In this document: positions 1 to 10,789 of the stretch, one piece after another
How positions within the stretch are numbered: position 1 is the first letter of the stretch
Layout: every line of letters begins with the position of its first letter
Assembly: GCA_041660005.1 (NCBI GenBank)
Contig: JBAZXG010000007.1
Span: forward strand, 72-64,071
Reading direction: 5' to 3'
Length of the DNA stretch: 64,000 nt
From: Patescibacteria group bacterium
GTDB lineage: Bacteria; Patescibacteriota; Patescibacteriia; GWA2-46-9
The notes under the pieces: model-generated
Told to the model about the DNA's origin: nothing
Database searches by the model: none
Seen by the model: only the letters and a program-made list of their open reading frames with translations
Position numbers and translations under genes: made by a program

Positions 1-3000
1 TTATTGCCCCAGCTGCAACAGATACTTTTGAGCGTTTTAGTAAGAGCTTCTATGTTCAGAACACAGAAGACTTGCCAAGCTGTAGTGTCCGCCTTGGTAA
101 AATGCTTAATTTGAAGCCGGTGGGTGTAGCAGGAGACTTTTCTGGCGACAAAGACAAGGGAGTTATCCTACGCAATGTATCCCTTCGAGAAGCAAGTCTT
201 CATTACGAACTCGCCAGCCAGCTCGACACTGCTAGCTGCACAGGGATAGTTAACAACTCCAGCTGTGTGTTAGCAACGTATCAGACTAACTTTAAATCAC
301 CGGTTGTTAACACGCTTGACGCCGATACCAGCCCTACTGGTACTAAAACACCGAACACCGCCAACCGGCCAGAGTATACCTGCGTTGGTGCTAGCGAGAG
401 CACTTCTGGAAAATGTCGTGGAACTACAATTCAATGTTCAAGTGATAGCGATTGTCAGTTGCATTTTGATGCCAACTTGCTTGTCAAAGTGCAGCCGAGT
501 CGTGAATGTGGCAGCTGGCTTTCTTGTAAAACCTCCCGCGCTATAACTGGTGGTAATGTAACAAAAAATATTTGTCTTGCAGTTGAAGGTTGCGAACAAC
601 TTAATGACAAAGGCGAATGCGTGCGCACAACGGTTGATGTGCCGGATAAGGACCTCACCTATAATGCGGCAACTATTGACCAGCTCAAAGACCGCTCTGG
701 GTATTCAGGCGCGGGTTTCAATTGGGGCAAGGTCTGTTCCAATGATCAGTTAAAGAGTTGTACGAGTGATGCCGATTGTGGTACAGGCGGTCTAGGAAAA
801 TGCACCCTGAGTATACTTCAAGGGTACATCACTCCCGGTTACATGGAGCAAGTTGGTCAGTCAACACCTTTGATCAATAGCAATTTTGAACTACCTAGTC
901 TGCGCGGGGATGCTGTTGGCTGGGTAGGGTGGAACAACGGTCAAAATTTCCGAGTTATTCGTGATCCGGTTACTGCTCAGTCTGTTGGTGTTTCGTACCC
1001 TCGTGAAGGTAAGGCGTTCCTTGAGGTAAATGCCAACCATGACGTTCCTCCGATTTCGGGGCTTGACGCTGCTAACTACAGCAGGTTGGTTAGCGTCTCC
1101 GGGGGCAGTACTTATGTGTTATCCGCGGACATGAATACCCTACATTTCTCGGGTAAGAGTGCTGAAATTAGAGCATATCAGTACGATAAGGATGGAAATA
1201 TAATAACCTATCCTTGCGTTATTGCTGGTAGCAACGAGGTCTGTAATTATTATGCGCTTCTTGATACTGGATCAGGGTTTGATTGGACTGTGCGTACCGA
1301 TAAATTCACAACATTGTCTAACGCGCGTTATATTTCTCTTCAGTTTGCTTGGGTAGATAAAAATGAAGGCGCAGTGGGAGACAAGAATTCCGGCGCGTGG
1401 TATGTGGACGATATTAAACTGCAACCAGCCCTTCAGTACCAGAAGAATCAGTTTTACGATGAAAATAATCTGCCCGCCAGTCATGTTGCTCCTGATTTTC
1501 CGGCCTTACCTTACGAGAACGGTCTTGAAACGCTCGACTATAATTATGCCTCGCAGTCTTGTCGCTTATACCCAGAGCAGTCATCTCTATCCTGCCAGTA
1601 TAATGATAGTAATGGTCTTCGACACAGTGGAAAACTTGGATATTGTCTAGTGCGTGATCCACAGAACAGTAATAACTGCATACAGTGGTGGCCGGTCGAT
1701 AATATTATTGGAGAAGATACTGAACAAGACCGTGTTGGTTACCAAGGTCCAGTTCCGCTTTATTATTGTGCAGAGACCGTAGACAACTTTGTGCCGGTAT
1801 TGTCCAATGGATTCCCGAGCGATTTTCCCGCAATTTATTACGACCATTGGGGTGATCATAATAGTGTGGGTCCTTGGACGCGAGATGTTATTGATGAGAA
1901 AAGCACCATTGTTATTGACTTAGCAACCTCGGGCAATGCTTTGTCGGGTGCACTGAAGGGTATCCCAACCGGAGGAATCGTCAATAAACCAGGTCCGTGT
2001 GTAAAAAATGCTACAACCATTGATGGTATTGAGGGTTGTGAAATTGCGCTCGCGGCTCAGGTAGACGGAAATAACGATAACGAGACCGAATGTGAGTCAG
2101 TGTATGTAAGCAATAGTCCGGGGGATGTGCCAGTAGAGGGTGTGAGTAGTGTTGATTTCAAAGTTGGAGATATCACTCATGCAGAGTATTTGTATGACGC
2201 TAAACCGTTTGGCCAGCGGCGTCCTTACTTCTTTGACCTCAGTGCTGTGCCGCCAGGAAATTATCGGTATCTGAAAATTTTTGATGGATCCGATACGGAT
2301 GCTAACGGAAAGGTTTATAAATGTCAGGCTTCTCGACCAATTTTGTGGGTTCGTCCCAACTTTGCTTGTACAGCGGTTCTTCAGACGGTAGCCAGCGATG
2401 GGTCGAATAAAGCGTATGCAAACCGCGTAAGTCAAGGAAGTAGTGCTAAAATACAGTTTCCTTCTCCGGCTCCAGGCGTCGCCGGAAACCATGTTGAGTA
2501 TGGATGGGAGCAAGATAGCCCGCCGTTTGGTGCCGCTGTCCCTCCTCCGCCGGCGGACGACCCAAGCTCGTGGGATACGAGTACTGATCCTGGACAACAA
2601 GCGTTATTCACGCTGCCACTGGATACTAATGTGACACAGCAAATTTCCCGTGCAGGGGCGCCTTATTCGTGTCGTCAGCCATTAGCAACGGTGCCCGCTT
2701 TTAACTCCAACATGAGTTCAGGAACAACGACTTTTAACTGGCCATTCGGCAATCAACAACCGATGTGCAGCACACTCTACGGTGCCCTTAACACTAACCT
2801 TACACAAGCCAAAGATCTTGTCTCTCAGTTATTTGCTGAATCGTATGGGGCGTGGCAATGGATCAATGGTGCTTATGGTCAAACAAACCCAATAGCGATT
2901 CAATCACCAAAAGATCATTGTACTAATAACAGTCGTGCAACGAGTTCAGTAAGTCCATGTGCTGTGGCTCCTTCGGTAACCAAAATAACACTTGCACCTG

Positions 3001-3476
3001 ATACATCCGTTAAACCAATTAGACAGGTTGGCTCTGTTATGTTGAGTTTTACGACTGTTGCTGATCCCGGTCAGGAACCGATTGTTCGTTATAGTGTCGA
3101 TTGGGGTGATGGATCGCATACCGTGCAAACGGGTCTAAAAATGGCAAGCCACCCGTCGATGCAAAATCCTGTTTCACTTGTACACAGTTATTCCTATGAT
3201 AACGTTGTGAAATGTTCTGCTGAAACAGGACCAAACCGGTGCAATAAAGATGGGTTGATTAAAATAGTGAACGGTAACTACAGTGTGACCCCCCGCGTGC
3301 AGGTCCTTGATAATTGGGGTTGGTGTAATGCGGTGTATGATCAGGCGGCAGCAGACTCGGTAGCAGCCGCAGGGGATCCGCTTTATGGTCAAAATGGATT
3401 TTACGGAAGTTGTGATTTTAATAATGCCGCTGCTTGGCAGCTGTCAGCGGGTTCGGTTATTTTGCAGTCGCAGTAA
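1..3476 (+). CDS. C-terminal part of a giant cysteine-rich secreted/surface protein (CBM-like and PKD-like domains), truncated by the window start
   Basis: The frame is open from position 3 (IAPAATDTFERF...), so the TTG at 72 is not the real start. Repeated Cys motifs (CSSDSDC, CTSDADC), a CBM-like segment (NSNFE...GW...WYVDDIKL) and a PKD-like YSVDWGDGS motif. Confidence 0.75.
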   Translation, partial: IAPAATDTFERFSKSFYVQNTEDLPSCSVRLGKMLNLKPVGVAGDFSGDKDKGVILRNVSLREASLHYELASQLDTASCTGIVNNSSCVLATYQTNFKSPVVNTLDADTSPTGTKTPNTANRPEYTCVGASESTSGKCRGTTIQCSSDSDCQLHFDANLLVKVQPSRECGSWLSCKTSRAITGGNVTKNICLAVEGCEQLNDKGECVRTTVDVPDKDLTYNAATIDQLKDRSGYSGAGFNWGKVCSNDQLKSCTSDADCGTGGLGKCTLSILQGYITPGYMEQVGQSTPLINSNFELPSLRGDAVGWVGWNNGQNFRVIRDPVTAQSVGVSYPREGKAFLEVNANHDVPPISGLDAANYSRLVSVSGGSTYVLSADMNTLHFSGKSAEIRAYQYDKDGNIITYPCVIAGSNEVCNYYALLDTGSGFDWTVRTDKFTTLSNARYISLQFAWVDKNEGAVGDKNSGAWYVDDIKLQPALQYQKNQFYDENNLPASHVAPDFPALPYENGLETLDYNYASQSCRLYPEQSSLSCQYNDSNGLRHSGKLGYCLVRDPQNSNNCIQWWPVDNIIGEDTEQDRVGYQGPVPLYYCAETVDNFVPVLSNGFPSDFPAIYYDHWGDHNSVGPWTRDVIDEKSTIVIDLATSGNALSGALKGIPTGGIVNKPGPCVKNATTIDGIEGCEIALAAQVDGNNDNETECESVYVSNSPGDVPVEGVSSVDFKVGDITHAEYLYDAKPFGQRRPYFFDLSAVPPGNYRYLKIFDGSDTDANGKVYKCQASRPILWVRPNFACTAVLQTVASDGSNKAYANRVSQGSSAKIQFPSPAPGVAGNHVEYGWEQDSPPFGAAVPPPPADDPSSWDTSTDPGQQALFTLPLDTNVTQQISRAGAPYSCRQPLATVPAFNSNMSSGTTTFNWPFGNQQPMCSTLYGALNTNLTQAKDLVSQLFAESYGAWQWINGAYGQTNPIAIQSPKDHCTNNSRATSSVSPCAVAPSVTKITLAPDTSVKPIRQVGSVMLSFTTVADPGQEPIVRYSVDWGDGSHTVQTGLKMASHPSMQNPVSLVHSYSYDNVVKCSAETGPNRCNKDGLIKIVNGNYSVTPRVQVLDNWGWCNAVYDQAAADSVAAAGDPLYGQNGFYGSCDFNNAAAWQLSAGSVILQSQ

Positions 3477-3482
3477 ATATTT

Positions 3483-3869
3483 ATGAGCGACGTAATGTCT
3501 CCAAATGTAGATGCGGAACTTTTCAATCGGCAGCAGCCGCAAGGCGAGGACTACGGTGGTGAGCAAAATGGTGAGGCGTCACGTGCGGATACCTTTCGTC
3601 AACAGCAGCAGGAAGCGCGCAGAGCACAGGGAGACGCGCAAAGTCCCAAGAAAGGGACACTGAGTAGTGTTGCGCAAGCCGCGAGTACTCCGTCAGAAAC
3701 CGTTAGCACTGTTAAAAAAGCAGCGCGTCTTTGGAAAATACTATCCGTGCTTGGCGTCGTCCTTTTTAATCCGATTAGCGCGTTCATAGCTGTTGCGTTA
3801 ATTTCTATGGTTGCCTTGCGGGGATTTTGTGAAAGTCACTCAGTTTTGGGGTATATTTTCTGCAAATAG
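3483..3869 (+). CDS. Small membrane protein (Gln-rich N-terminus, C-terminal hydrophobic helices)
   Basis: ORF tightly packed in the operon; hydrophobic LWKILSVLGVVLFNPISAFIAVALISMVAL. Confidence 0.7.
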   Translation: MSDVMSPNVDAELFNRQQPQGEDYGGEQNGEASRADTFRQQQQEARRAQGDAQSPKKGTLSSVAQAASTPSETVSTVKKAARLWKILSVLGVVLFNPISAFIAVALISMVALRGFCESHSVLGYIFCK

Positions 3870-3871
3870 TT

Positions 3872-6800
3872 ATGCCGAGATTATTTAACCGAAAAAAGTT
3901 ATTTGCCTTTTTCCTTGTCTTAGTTGTAGCGGGTGTGCTATTTGGTGTTGTTGCGTCTTCATTTGCGCAAAGTCCTTCACCGGCACCGACTACTACGTCT
4001 ATCGTGAAGACAGCTTCCGATAATGCCACACCTACTACCTGTTCTTGGCTCAACTTCTCCTGTTGGATTTCGGGCATGCTCTCTACCATCATTGGTCTGT
4101 GTATTACGCTGCTCGGGAAATTACTGACCTTTCTTATCATGGCGGTGATTTTCTTTAGCGAGTACAACGGCTTTATTACCTCTCCAGCCGTTGTGCTTGG
4201 TTGGAATATTGTGCGAGATATTGGCAACATGTTTTTTGTGCTCATTTTACTGCTTATTTCTTTTGGTACGATCCTCAATATTGAACAGTATCAACTGAAG
4301 AGACTGCTTCCAAAGGTACTACTCATGGCCATATTGGTGAACTTCAGCAAACTTATCGCTGGTGTGCTCATTGATTTTTCACAGGTTATCATGCTGACGT
4401 TTGTGAATGCCTATAGTCAGGTAGGCGCTGGAAATTTCGTGGAGGCGTTGAAGTTACAAAATTTATTATCCATAGATACCGCAACAGGGGAAGTTTCTAA
4501 TGGTTGGACTGTGTTTGCCGGTTACTTCTTGGCACTCATCTATATTATCGTAGCTCTTTTTGTTGTCGGTGCGTTTGTGGCAATCGTTGTGGTGCGCATT
4601 GTCTATTTGTGGATGCTCATTATTCTCTCGCCGCTCGTTTACGTTTTGTCTGTGGTGCCTATTGGGCAAAAGTATGCGAGTCAGTGGTGGGAGATGTTTT
4701 CAAAGTATGTCATCGTCGGACCAGTTCTTGCCTTTTTCCTTTGGCTGTCACTCGCGACCTTGCCGAACATTATGACGAACGACAAAGGGTTCGGACCAAC
4801 AGCGACAAGCCAGGATAAATCCGTTGGAGCTGATCCTGACTCCAAAGGACTCATTAGTATTTCTCTTACCGAAGCGGGATCGACGAGTCAACTCGTTGGT
4901 TTCATTGTGAGTATTGGCATGCTGCTTATTTCTTTGCAGTTTGCCATGCAAATTGGCGGCGCTGGCGGCAAAATTGCTGGTGCGGCGTATGGAAAACTTT
5001 CAAGCATGGGCATGAGTGCTGTTCGTGGTCCTGCTAAAGCATTGGGTGGATGGATTAACTCTGAGTGGCAGCAGAGAACGCATGGGTGGACGAGCCCGAA
5101 GCTATGGAAAGAAGCCATTCAGCATTCCCGTGACATTAAACTTAAGAAAGCCACCAAAGGGACGTCAGGTTACCTGCAAGACGTTTTTGAGCATGGTGTT
5201 TTTAAATCGATGGGTCTTCCTAAGGAAAAGCTGAAGGCAGTCATGCATAAGCAGCGCGTTAAAGAAGCACGTGATGAACAGATTGAGCTTGATGAACGAA
5301 ATGCAGTAGCTACCGGTTCATTGGCGAAAGATGAAGCCGATGCAGCATTAGAAGAAGCGCATACCAAAGACACAAAGGTTGCCACGCTTTCAACTGAATT
5401 AGGAGAAGCTATTGCTCCGATTGACGCAGCATTTACGGCTTACGGTTCGAATATTGCCTCAAGCCGGAGTACTCTTGCAGCAAAAGAAGTAGAGCTGGCA
5501 GAGACAGAACAGCGTGTTAACCGTCGTAATGATTTGAGTTCGCGTCGGGTCAGTCTTGCGGGTATATCTCCTGCCGAGCAAACTGAACTGACTGCATTAG
5601 AGGGAACTGCCTCAGTAGATGATAGAAAATTAGGCACGTTGACGCGCTTAAGAAGTGAATATCAGGCAAGAGTTGGTGGAGCAGATGGAGAGAATGACCT
5701 AGCACAAGCTGAGCATGGGGCGCTAATGGTGAAGCAGCTACAAGCAGCTGCTTCTGAAGCGCGTCAAAGGTTTAATGATTATATACGAAATCCCGATCTG
5801 TCGGACCGTACAGATGAGGAGAAAAAAACGTATCGTCGGGAGTTAGAACAGAAAGCAGACGATGCCGACAGTAATGTTGCGTCGGCTAAGATTTCACTTG
5901 CTGGACTGCAGGTGGCAGCACTTCGGAGAAGCAATATTACGACTCCAGAAAAGCAGGCCTTGTTTGACACCGTGTTGAGCAACGCCACAACAAAAGAGCA
6001 GCAGCGTGCTTCTCTGTATCAAGAGTCGCGTCAAACCAAACAGGATGTTGCCGCAGGTAATAGTGCCGCCTTCTTAACCATCGCAGAAAAGAAGGCTGAA
6101 GGAACACGCAACAAGACGCGGGCAGAGCTTAGTTCGATGGATGATGGTGGCTTGAGTGAGCAGGAGGCAAATAGAAAGCTTGAGCGAATTGCGGCATTGA
6201 TTGCAGAAGAGACAAGAACCATTGAACAATTGCAGTCACTCAAGGCTACCGCAACACCAACAGAACAGGAAAGCATGGAAGCGGAAGCAGTACGGCGCAA
6301 GAACCGCAAGGAAGAGCTTGAAAAAGCACAGAATGCGTTACAGTTGTATCAGTTTTCGTTAGCTAATGGGCAGCGGAATGAGGTTGCAGTTGCGCAACTT
6401 GCTCCTGCTGAACAAGAAGTATTTCGTCGTTCGGTTAGCCGGGCTGATGAAATTGTTGACTTTAAGCGGATGACGAAGGAGGAACTGCAGGGGTACCGTG
6501 ATGGGGTGGAAGAAGCAAACGTTCGTGCTGCAGCGCGAGTCAGTGCCATTCGTGAAGAACAGATGGCTCCAAGTTCTCGCCAGGACATAGAAGCGAGGAG
6601 TAAGAAGTCAGATCATCTGAAACACGAAATTGACGAAAAGAAAGCTGAGATTATTGCGTCTATCTTGCCGCGCTACTATCGAGAGCAAGCCCGTCGTGAA
6701 CTGGTAGCTGAAGAAAGTAAGAAGCTGACTACCAGTAACTACCACGAGCTCATTCAGTACTTTAAACAAGCCGAACATGAGGGGGACAAGTATAAAATGA

Positions 6801-7459
6801 GCGCAGTCTTACATAAGCTTACGAATGACTTGAACGAGAACGAACTTACCAATGATCTTGGCTATTCCAGCGACTTTGAGGGTTACAAGCAGTTTTTCGA
6901 AGATCGTTTCATTAATAACAGGAAAATAGGGATGAGCAGAAACGAAGCCCTGGCGCTTGCCTCAGACGTTTCATCTGTTGCCGAAGCAAAAAACCATTGG
7001 GATGTAGCGCGTACCGTTGACCTTGACGCAACTACGGGTAACTTCCGTTGGAAAAATGAAAAAGAGCATGTAACTGAGGTTCTGGCAGAGCTGCAAAAAA
7101 TATCACCTCGCGAAATCGCTAACCGCTTCAATCGTCTTGCCTACGGCGGTGAAGTGCCGGTTCCGGGTGGTCGAAAGTTTAAACTCGGTGCCCTTGGTAC
7201 GTCTATTCTGATGACGCTCGGTCCAGACTTGGCAAACTTCATGAATCGTCACGAGGCAAATAAGAATGCCATTGTTAACATTTACAGTAGTTTTAAGCAG
7301 TATGGTGTACCACAATCACTGGACCTTAAAAGCATGAAGTTTGGTAACACGGATTTAGAAAAGATGATTAAAGAATACTCGCCGTTTAACCCAGACGTTG
7401 GTAAACGCTATGAAGAAGCCGTTCGTGGTTTATCTAATCCGCAACCGTTCGGGGGGTAA
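3872..7459 (+). CDS. VirB6/TrbL-like polytopic T4SS membrane protein with a long coiled-coil C-terminal tail
   Basis: GWNIVRDIGNMFFVLILL...LVNFS and VRIVYLWMLIILSPL...QWW motifs typical of CPR VirB6-like proteins; charged helical tail of roughly 800 aa; position upstream of PrgI/VirB4. Confidence 0.7.
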   Translation: MPRLFNRKKLFAFFLVLVVAGVLFGVVASSFAQSPSPAPTTTSIVKTASDNATPTTCSWLNFSCWISGMLSTIIGLCITLLGKLLTFLIMAVIFFSEYNGFITSPAVVLGWNIVRDIGNMFFVLILLLISFGTILNIEQYQLKRLLPKVLLMAILVNFSKLIAGVLIDFSQVIMLTFVNAYSQVGAGNFVEALKLQNLLSIDTATGEVSNGWTVFAGYFLALIYIIVALFVVGAFVAIVVVRIVYLWMLIILSPLVYVLSVVPIGQKYASQWWEMFSKYVIVGPVLAFFLWLSLATLPNIMTNDKGFGPTATSQDKSVGADPDSKGLISISLTEAGSTSQLVGFIVSIGMLLISLQFAMQIGGAGGKIAGAAYGKLSSMGMSAVRGPAKALGGWINSEWQQRTHGWTSPKLWKEAIQHSRDIKLKKATKGTSGYLQDVFEHGVFKSMGLPKEKLKAVMHKQRVKEARDEQIELDERNAVATGSLAKDEADAALEEAHTKDTKVATLSTELGEAIAPIDAAFTAYGSNIASSRSTLAAKEVELAETEQRVNRRNDLSSRRVSLAGISPAEQTELTALEGTASVDDRKLGTLTRLRSEYQARVGGADGENDLAQAEHGALMVKQLQAAASEARQRFNDYIRNPDLSDRTDEEKKTYRRELEQKADDADSNVASAKISLAGLQVAALRRSNITTPEKQALFDTVLSNATTKEQQRASLYQESRQTKQDVAAGNSAAFLTIAEKKAEGTRNKTRAELSSMDDGGLSEQEANRKLERIAALIAEETRTIEQLQSLKATATPTEQESMEAEAVRRKNRKEELEKAQNALQLYQFSLANGQRNEVAVAQLAPAEQEVFRRSVSRADEIVDFKRMTKEELQGYRDGVEEANVRAAARVSAIREEQMAPSSRQDIEARSKKSDHLKHEIDEKKAEIIASILPRYYREQARRELVAEESKKLTTSNYHELIQYFKQAEHEGDKYKMSAVLHKLTNDLNENELTNDLGYSSDFEGYKQFFEDRFINNRKIGMSRNEALALASDVSSVAEAKNHWDVARTVDLDATTGNFRWKNEKEHVTEVLAELQKISPREIANRFNRLAYGGEVPVPGGRKFKLGALGTSILMTLGPDLANFMNRHEANKNAIVNIYSSFKQYGVPQSLDLKSMKFGNTDLEKMIKEYSPFNPDVGKRYEEAVRGLSNPQPFGG

Positions 7460-7465
7460 CAATTT

Positions 7466-8905
7466 ATGCCAGACACAACATCAAAGCAGGAGTTTCCATT
7501 TGAAGACGTAACCTTTGCTGCTGAGCTAGAGGTAGGTGTTCAATCAGACGGCAAAGAAGACATGATGCAGAGGTTATGCAATCTTGTAGTTTTAATTGAA
7601 GACTATTTCCGGACGCACCCAAATTTTTCTCGCAGTCACGTTGATTTGGCTCTGCGCTATCGTCGCATTATGTATCGCGCCGGTTGGGTGGCGCTGCCGC
7701 TGCTTACTGAGGAACAAATAGCTGAGCTCTTCCGCAATGGGTTTTCTGAAGCGTTTTATTTTGAGAATCTAAACATTATTAGTAAAGTACGCGCTAAACT
7801 CGTAGGGGTTTTACTGCTGGAAGATCGTGATAAGTTAAAGCAAAGAATTCGTCAGGTTCTGCTTGCGAACAGTGAGCGATTTCAACAGGCAACCGATAAG
7901 GAAGTTGTTGGCATACCGCAAACCGTTGGTACGTGGCTCCGCCACTATAATGCCATCATGAACGGACATATTGGCTCGTCCCTTGAGCGCGCGAGTTACT
8001 TTAGTTCTGCTCCAGTCACTAAACTACAACCAGCCGATATTGTTCGGCTAAAGAAACTTACCGAGTTATTTGATTACCTTAAGCTCTCTTCTGAAAATGT
8101 TGAGAGTGACGCGGAAACCTTGAGCTTATCTATGGATGGTCAGCCATATTACGCAAGCGGTAACAAAATAGAGCCAGTGCAAGCAACAAAGTCAATCGAG
8201 GGTATCATAACAAAGATGGAAGAAGCAGGTTTTTTCAAGGAGGACGGGAAGACGGAGTCTGTGGAGCCGTTAGAGGAAACCGGTTCAGTGCCAAAGCAAC
8301 AAGAGCCGCCAGCCAGCGTCATACGGCAACCAGTCACTCCTCAAGAGGTTAAACAAGAAGTTACCTCTGCGAGTTTGGGTAGTATCTTACCGAGCAAACC
8401 GGAACAACGGGTTAAGGATGAGGCTCTGTCGACTACCGTTATGAACGCCCCATCAGTCCTGCAAGGGGCAGAGGTAGCGCAACAGATAAAAATTTGGAGA
8501 GAAACACAAACTGGGTCAAACAAATTACGAGATGAATTATTGGCAGGGTTTCACGCTTCGCGCCGCGTTACTGCTTTGGCCGCACTTTCTTTATTAGCAG
8601 ATCGTGGGGAGTTAAAAAATTTGTTGGTCACTGATGCTCGGTTTGTAAACTTATTAGCAGCCTATTATCACCACATCGGTTATGAGGCAGCAGTGCAGGA
8701 GTTACATCGTTCGCCTCAGGCAACCGAACATCTCATAAGTTTTTTGAGCGTTTTACTTGAAGAGAGACTCCACTTAACGTCTTCAGAAGCCGCTCTTGTT
8801 GGCGTTGAAGTGTCGTCGCTTGTTCGTCAAAAAGACGGGGCATTTTCTCATCTGGCGTATCTTGACGCGAAGACAGGGGAGTATAAATGGTTAGCCAAAA
8901 GTTAA
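7466..8905 (+). CDS. Hypothetical protein (T4SS-like operon)
   Basis: 479-aa ORF, co-oriented and tightly spaced. Confidence 0.75.
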   Translation: MPDTTSKQEFPFEDVTFAAELEVGVQSDGKEDMMQRLCNLVVLIEDYFRTHPNFSRSHVDLALRYRRIMYRAGWVALPLLTEEQIAELFRNGFSEAFYFENLNIISKVRAKLVGVLLLEDRDKLKQRIRQVLLANSERFQQATDKEVVGIPQTVGTWLRHYNAIMNGHIGSSLERASYFSSAPVTKLQPADIVRLKKLTELFDYLKLSSENVESDAETLSLSMDGQPYYASGNKIEPVQATKSIEGIITKMEEAGFFKEDGKTESVEPLEETGSVPKQQEPPASVIRQPVTPQEVKQEVTSASLGSILPSKPEQRVKDEALSTTVMNAPSVLQGAEVAQQIKIWRETQTGSNKLRDELLAGFHASRRVTALAALSLLADRGELKNLLVTDARFVNLLAAYYHHIGYEAAVQELHRSPQATEHLISFLSVLLEERLHLTSSEAALVGVEVSSLVRQKDGAFSHLAYLDAKTGEYKWLAKS

Positions 8906-8914
8906 AATAGCGTT

Positions 8915-9634
8915 ATGCATCGGGAATTACTCATTAAACAAAACGATGGATCTTGGAAAATTTGGAAAGACGGGTCTTTAAAAGTGTATATTCCTGAGCA
9001 GCAATCTCTTGGCTCGAACAGCGATACGGAAAATGCAATTGTTAAAAGCGTTCCAAGTAGTGTTGTTATAGGTTCTTCTTCAGCGGCGGAACCATTGCTA
9101 TCGAAAATGCAGAACAGCACACCAGAGCAAGTTGTGCCTTTAGTGTCAAAAAGTCCTGCACTGAACCATGCTCTCACTTTTGTTCATTCAATTGAAGCTG
9201 CTACTCAACCAAGCGCAGAGAAGGTGGAAGATGTTCAGACTGGAAACAGTGTAACTCAGCAAGTTTTTTCTGCTCCTCTGGACGCAACGGTTCGGCGTAA
9301 GATGATGGATGTTCGTTTTCGTCCCACCGCTATTGGCCCGATTGATGAACTACGGCTCATGACCATTGACGAGTTTCGTCATCTTGGTGGCAACATACAA
9401 GAGGTAACCGCGCACCTTTCTCAAAAAATACAGTATTTAGGCGATGATTCTTTTGAACAACTGGCCGCCGGGACGCAGGCATGGCGTCAGAGTCCGGTGT
9501 ACCGAGCGTTTCTTGCGGTTGTCACGGCATCACTTCGAAGCAATAAAACCGTTGCTGATATTTTGCCAACGCAAGAGTTGAGTAAAGATGAGTTTATGGC
9601 GATCCTCAACTTTAACCGAGCACAACTGTTTTAA
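8915..9634 (+). CDS. Hypothetical protein (T4SS-like operon)
   Basis: 239-aa ORF; C-terminal GPIDELRLMT...AWRQSPVY segment resembles the CPR gene found before prgI. Confidence 0.7.
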   Translation: MHRELLIKQNDGSWKIWKDGSLKVYIPEQQSLGSNSDTENAIVKSVPSSVVIGSSSAAEPLLSKMQNSTPEQVVPLVSKSPALNHALTFVHSIEAATQPSAEKVEDVQTGNSVTQQVFSAPLDATVRRKMMDVRFRPTAIGPIDELRLMTIDEFRHLGGNIQEVTAHLSQKIQYLGDDSFEQLAAGTQAWRQSPVYRAFLAVVTASLRSNKTVADILPTQELSKDEFMAILNFNRAQLF

Positions 9635-9637
9635 GTT

Positions 9638-10066
9638 ATGCAGCAATTTGTCGTACCGCAATTTATCGATGAAGAGTCACATATTCTTGGGCCAATATCA
9701 GTACGGCAGTTTTTAATCATGCTTGTCGTTGGCTTTATTATATTTCTCAGCTATCGTCTAGCAGACTTTTCCCTTTTTCTAGTTTTGACTTTTTTTTCTG
9801 TGATTATCGGAGTGACCATAGCCTTTGTGCGGGTCAATGGTCGACCCTTTCACTATTTTCTGTTAAATTTAATACAGACCTTACGGCGACCGCGGTTGCG
9901 TGTGTGGAGGAAGGAGTTTTCAAAGCAGGATATCGAAGCATCGATAGGAAGCAGTGTGCCGGCGGTTGCTTCTGTGGTTACTCACCGTACTCTACCCACA
10001 ACTTCGCGGCTTGCTGAACTTTCTCTCGTTGTTGATACGGGTGGTATTTACCGCGGAGACGCGTAG
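9638..10066 (+). CDS. PrgI family (VirB3-like) protein
   Basis: MQQFVVPQFIDEE..ILGPISVRQF plus two TM helices and NGRPF. Confidence 0.85.
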   Translation: MQQFVVPQFIDEESHILGPISVRQFLIMLVVGFIIFLSYRLADFSLFLVLTFFSVIIGVTIAFVRVNGRPFHYFLLNLIQTLRRPRLRVWRKEFSKQDIEASIGSSVPAVASVVTHRTLPTTSRLAELSLVVDTGGIYRGDA

Positions 10067-10090
10067 ACAGAGAATGTTTAATGAGCTTTT

Positions 10091-10789
10091 GTGGTAAAAC
10101 GAACAGCAAACAAAACAACAATAAGCACCCAGCATTTTTTAGAGATTGCTGAAATTCGTGAAGATGTTGTCATTTTGAAAGATGGTACGCTTCGTGCTGT
10201 GCTCTTGGTGTCTTCTGTGAATTTTGCCCTAAAGTCAGACGACGAGCAGCAAGCTATTATTCAGGGGTATATGAGTTTTTTAAATTCTATCGATTTTTCT
10301 TTGCAAATTGTTGTGCAGTCGCGTCGTTTGAATATCGCCGGGTATCTTGATCACCTGATTGAGGTTGAGAAACAGCAAACAAACGAACTTTTGCGCATGC
10401 AAACGGCACAGTATCGACAGTTTATTCGTGAACTTGTTGAGTTAGGAGAAATCATGAACAAACGGTTTTACGTGGTTGTCCCTTATAATCCGGGTGCTGA
10501 CCAGAAAAAAACATTTCTAAAGCGTCTTGGTGAAACACTGCGCCCGATTTCCATCATTCATTTGAGCCAGGAGCGGTTCCGTCGCAACCGGCATGAACTC
10601 ATGCAGCGTGTGGACCACGTGGCAAGCGGTCTCAACTCTTTGAGTCTTGAAGCAGTGATGCTTGATACGCAGTCTCTGGTTGAGTTGTATTACAGCACGT
10701 ATAATCCTGAGTTGACTAAATTAACACCACTCGTTGATTTGGGAGAGCTGCAGATTGATAGTTCAAATATTATCCCTTCACAGCAATGA
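10091..10789 (+). CDS. TraC/VirB4 N-terminal-like protein
   Basis: STQHFLEIAEIREDVVILKDG...SSVNFALKS; ATGA overlap with the downstream ATPase. Confidence 0.75.
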   Translation: MVKRTANKTTISTQHFLEIAEIREDVVILKDGTLRAVLLVSSVNFALKSDDEQQAIIQGYMSFLNSIDFSLQIVVQSRRLNIAGYLDHLIEVEKQQTNELLRMQTAQYRQFIRELVELGEIMNKRFYVVVPYNPGADQKKTFLKRLGETLRPISIIHLSQERFRRNRHELMQRVDHVASGLNSLSLEAVMLDTQSLVELYYSTYNPELTKLTPLVDLGELQIDSSNIIPSQQ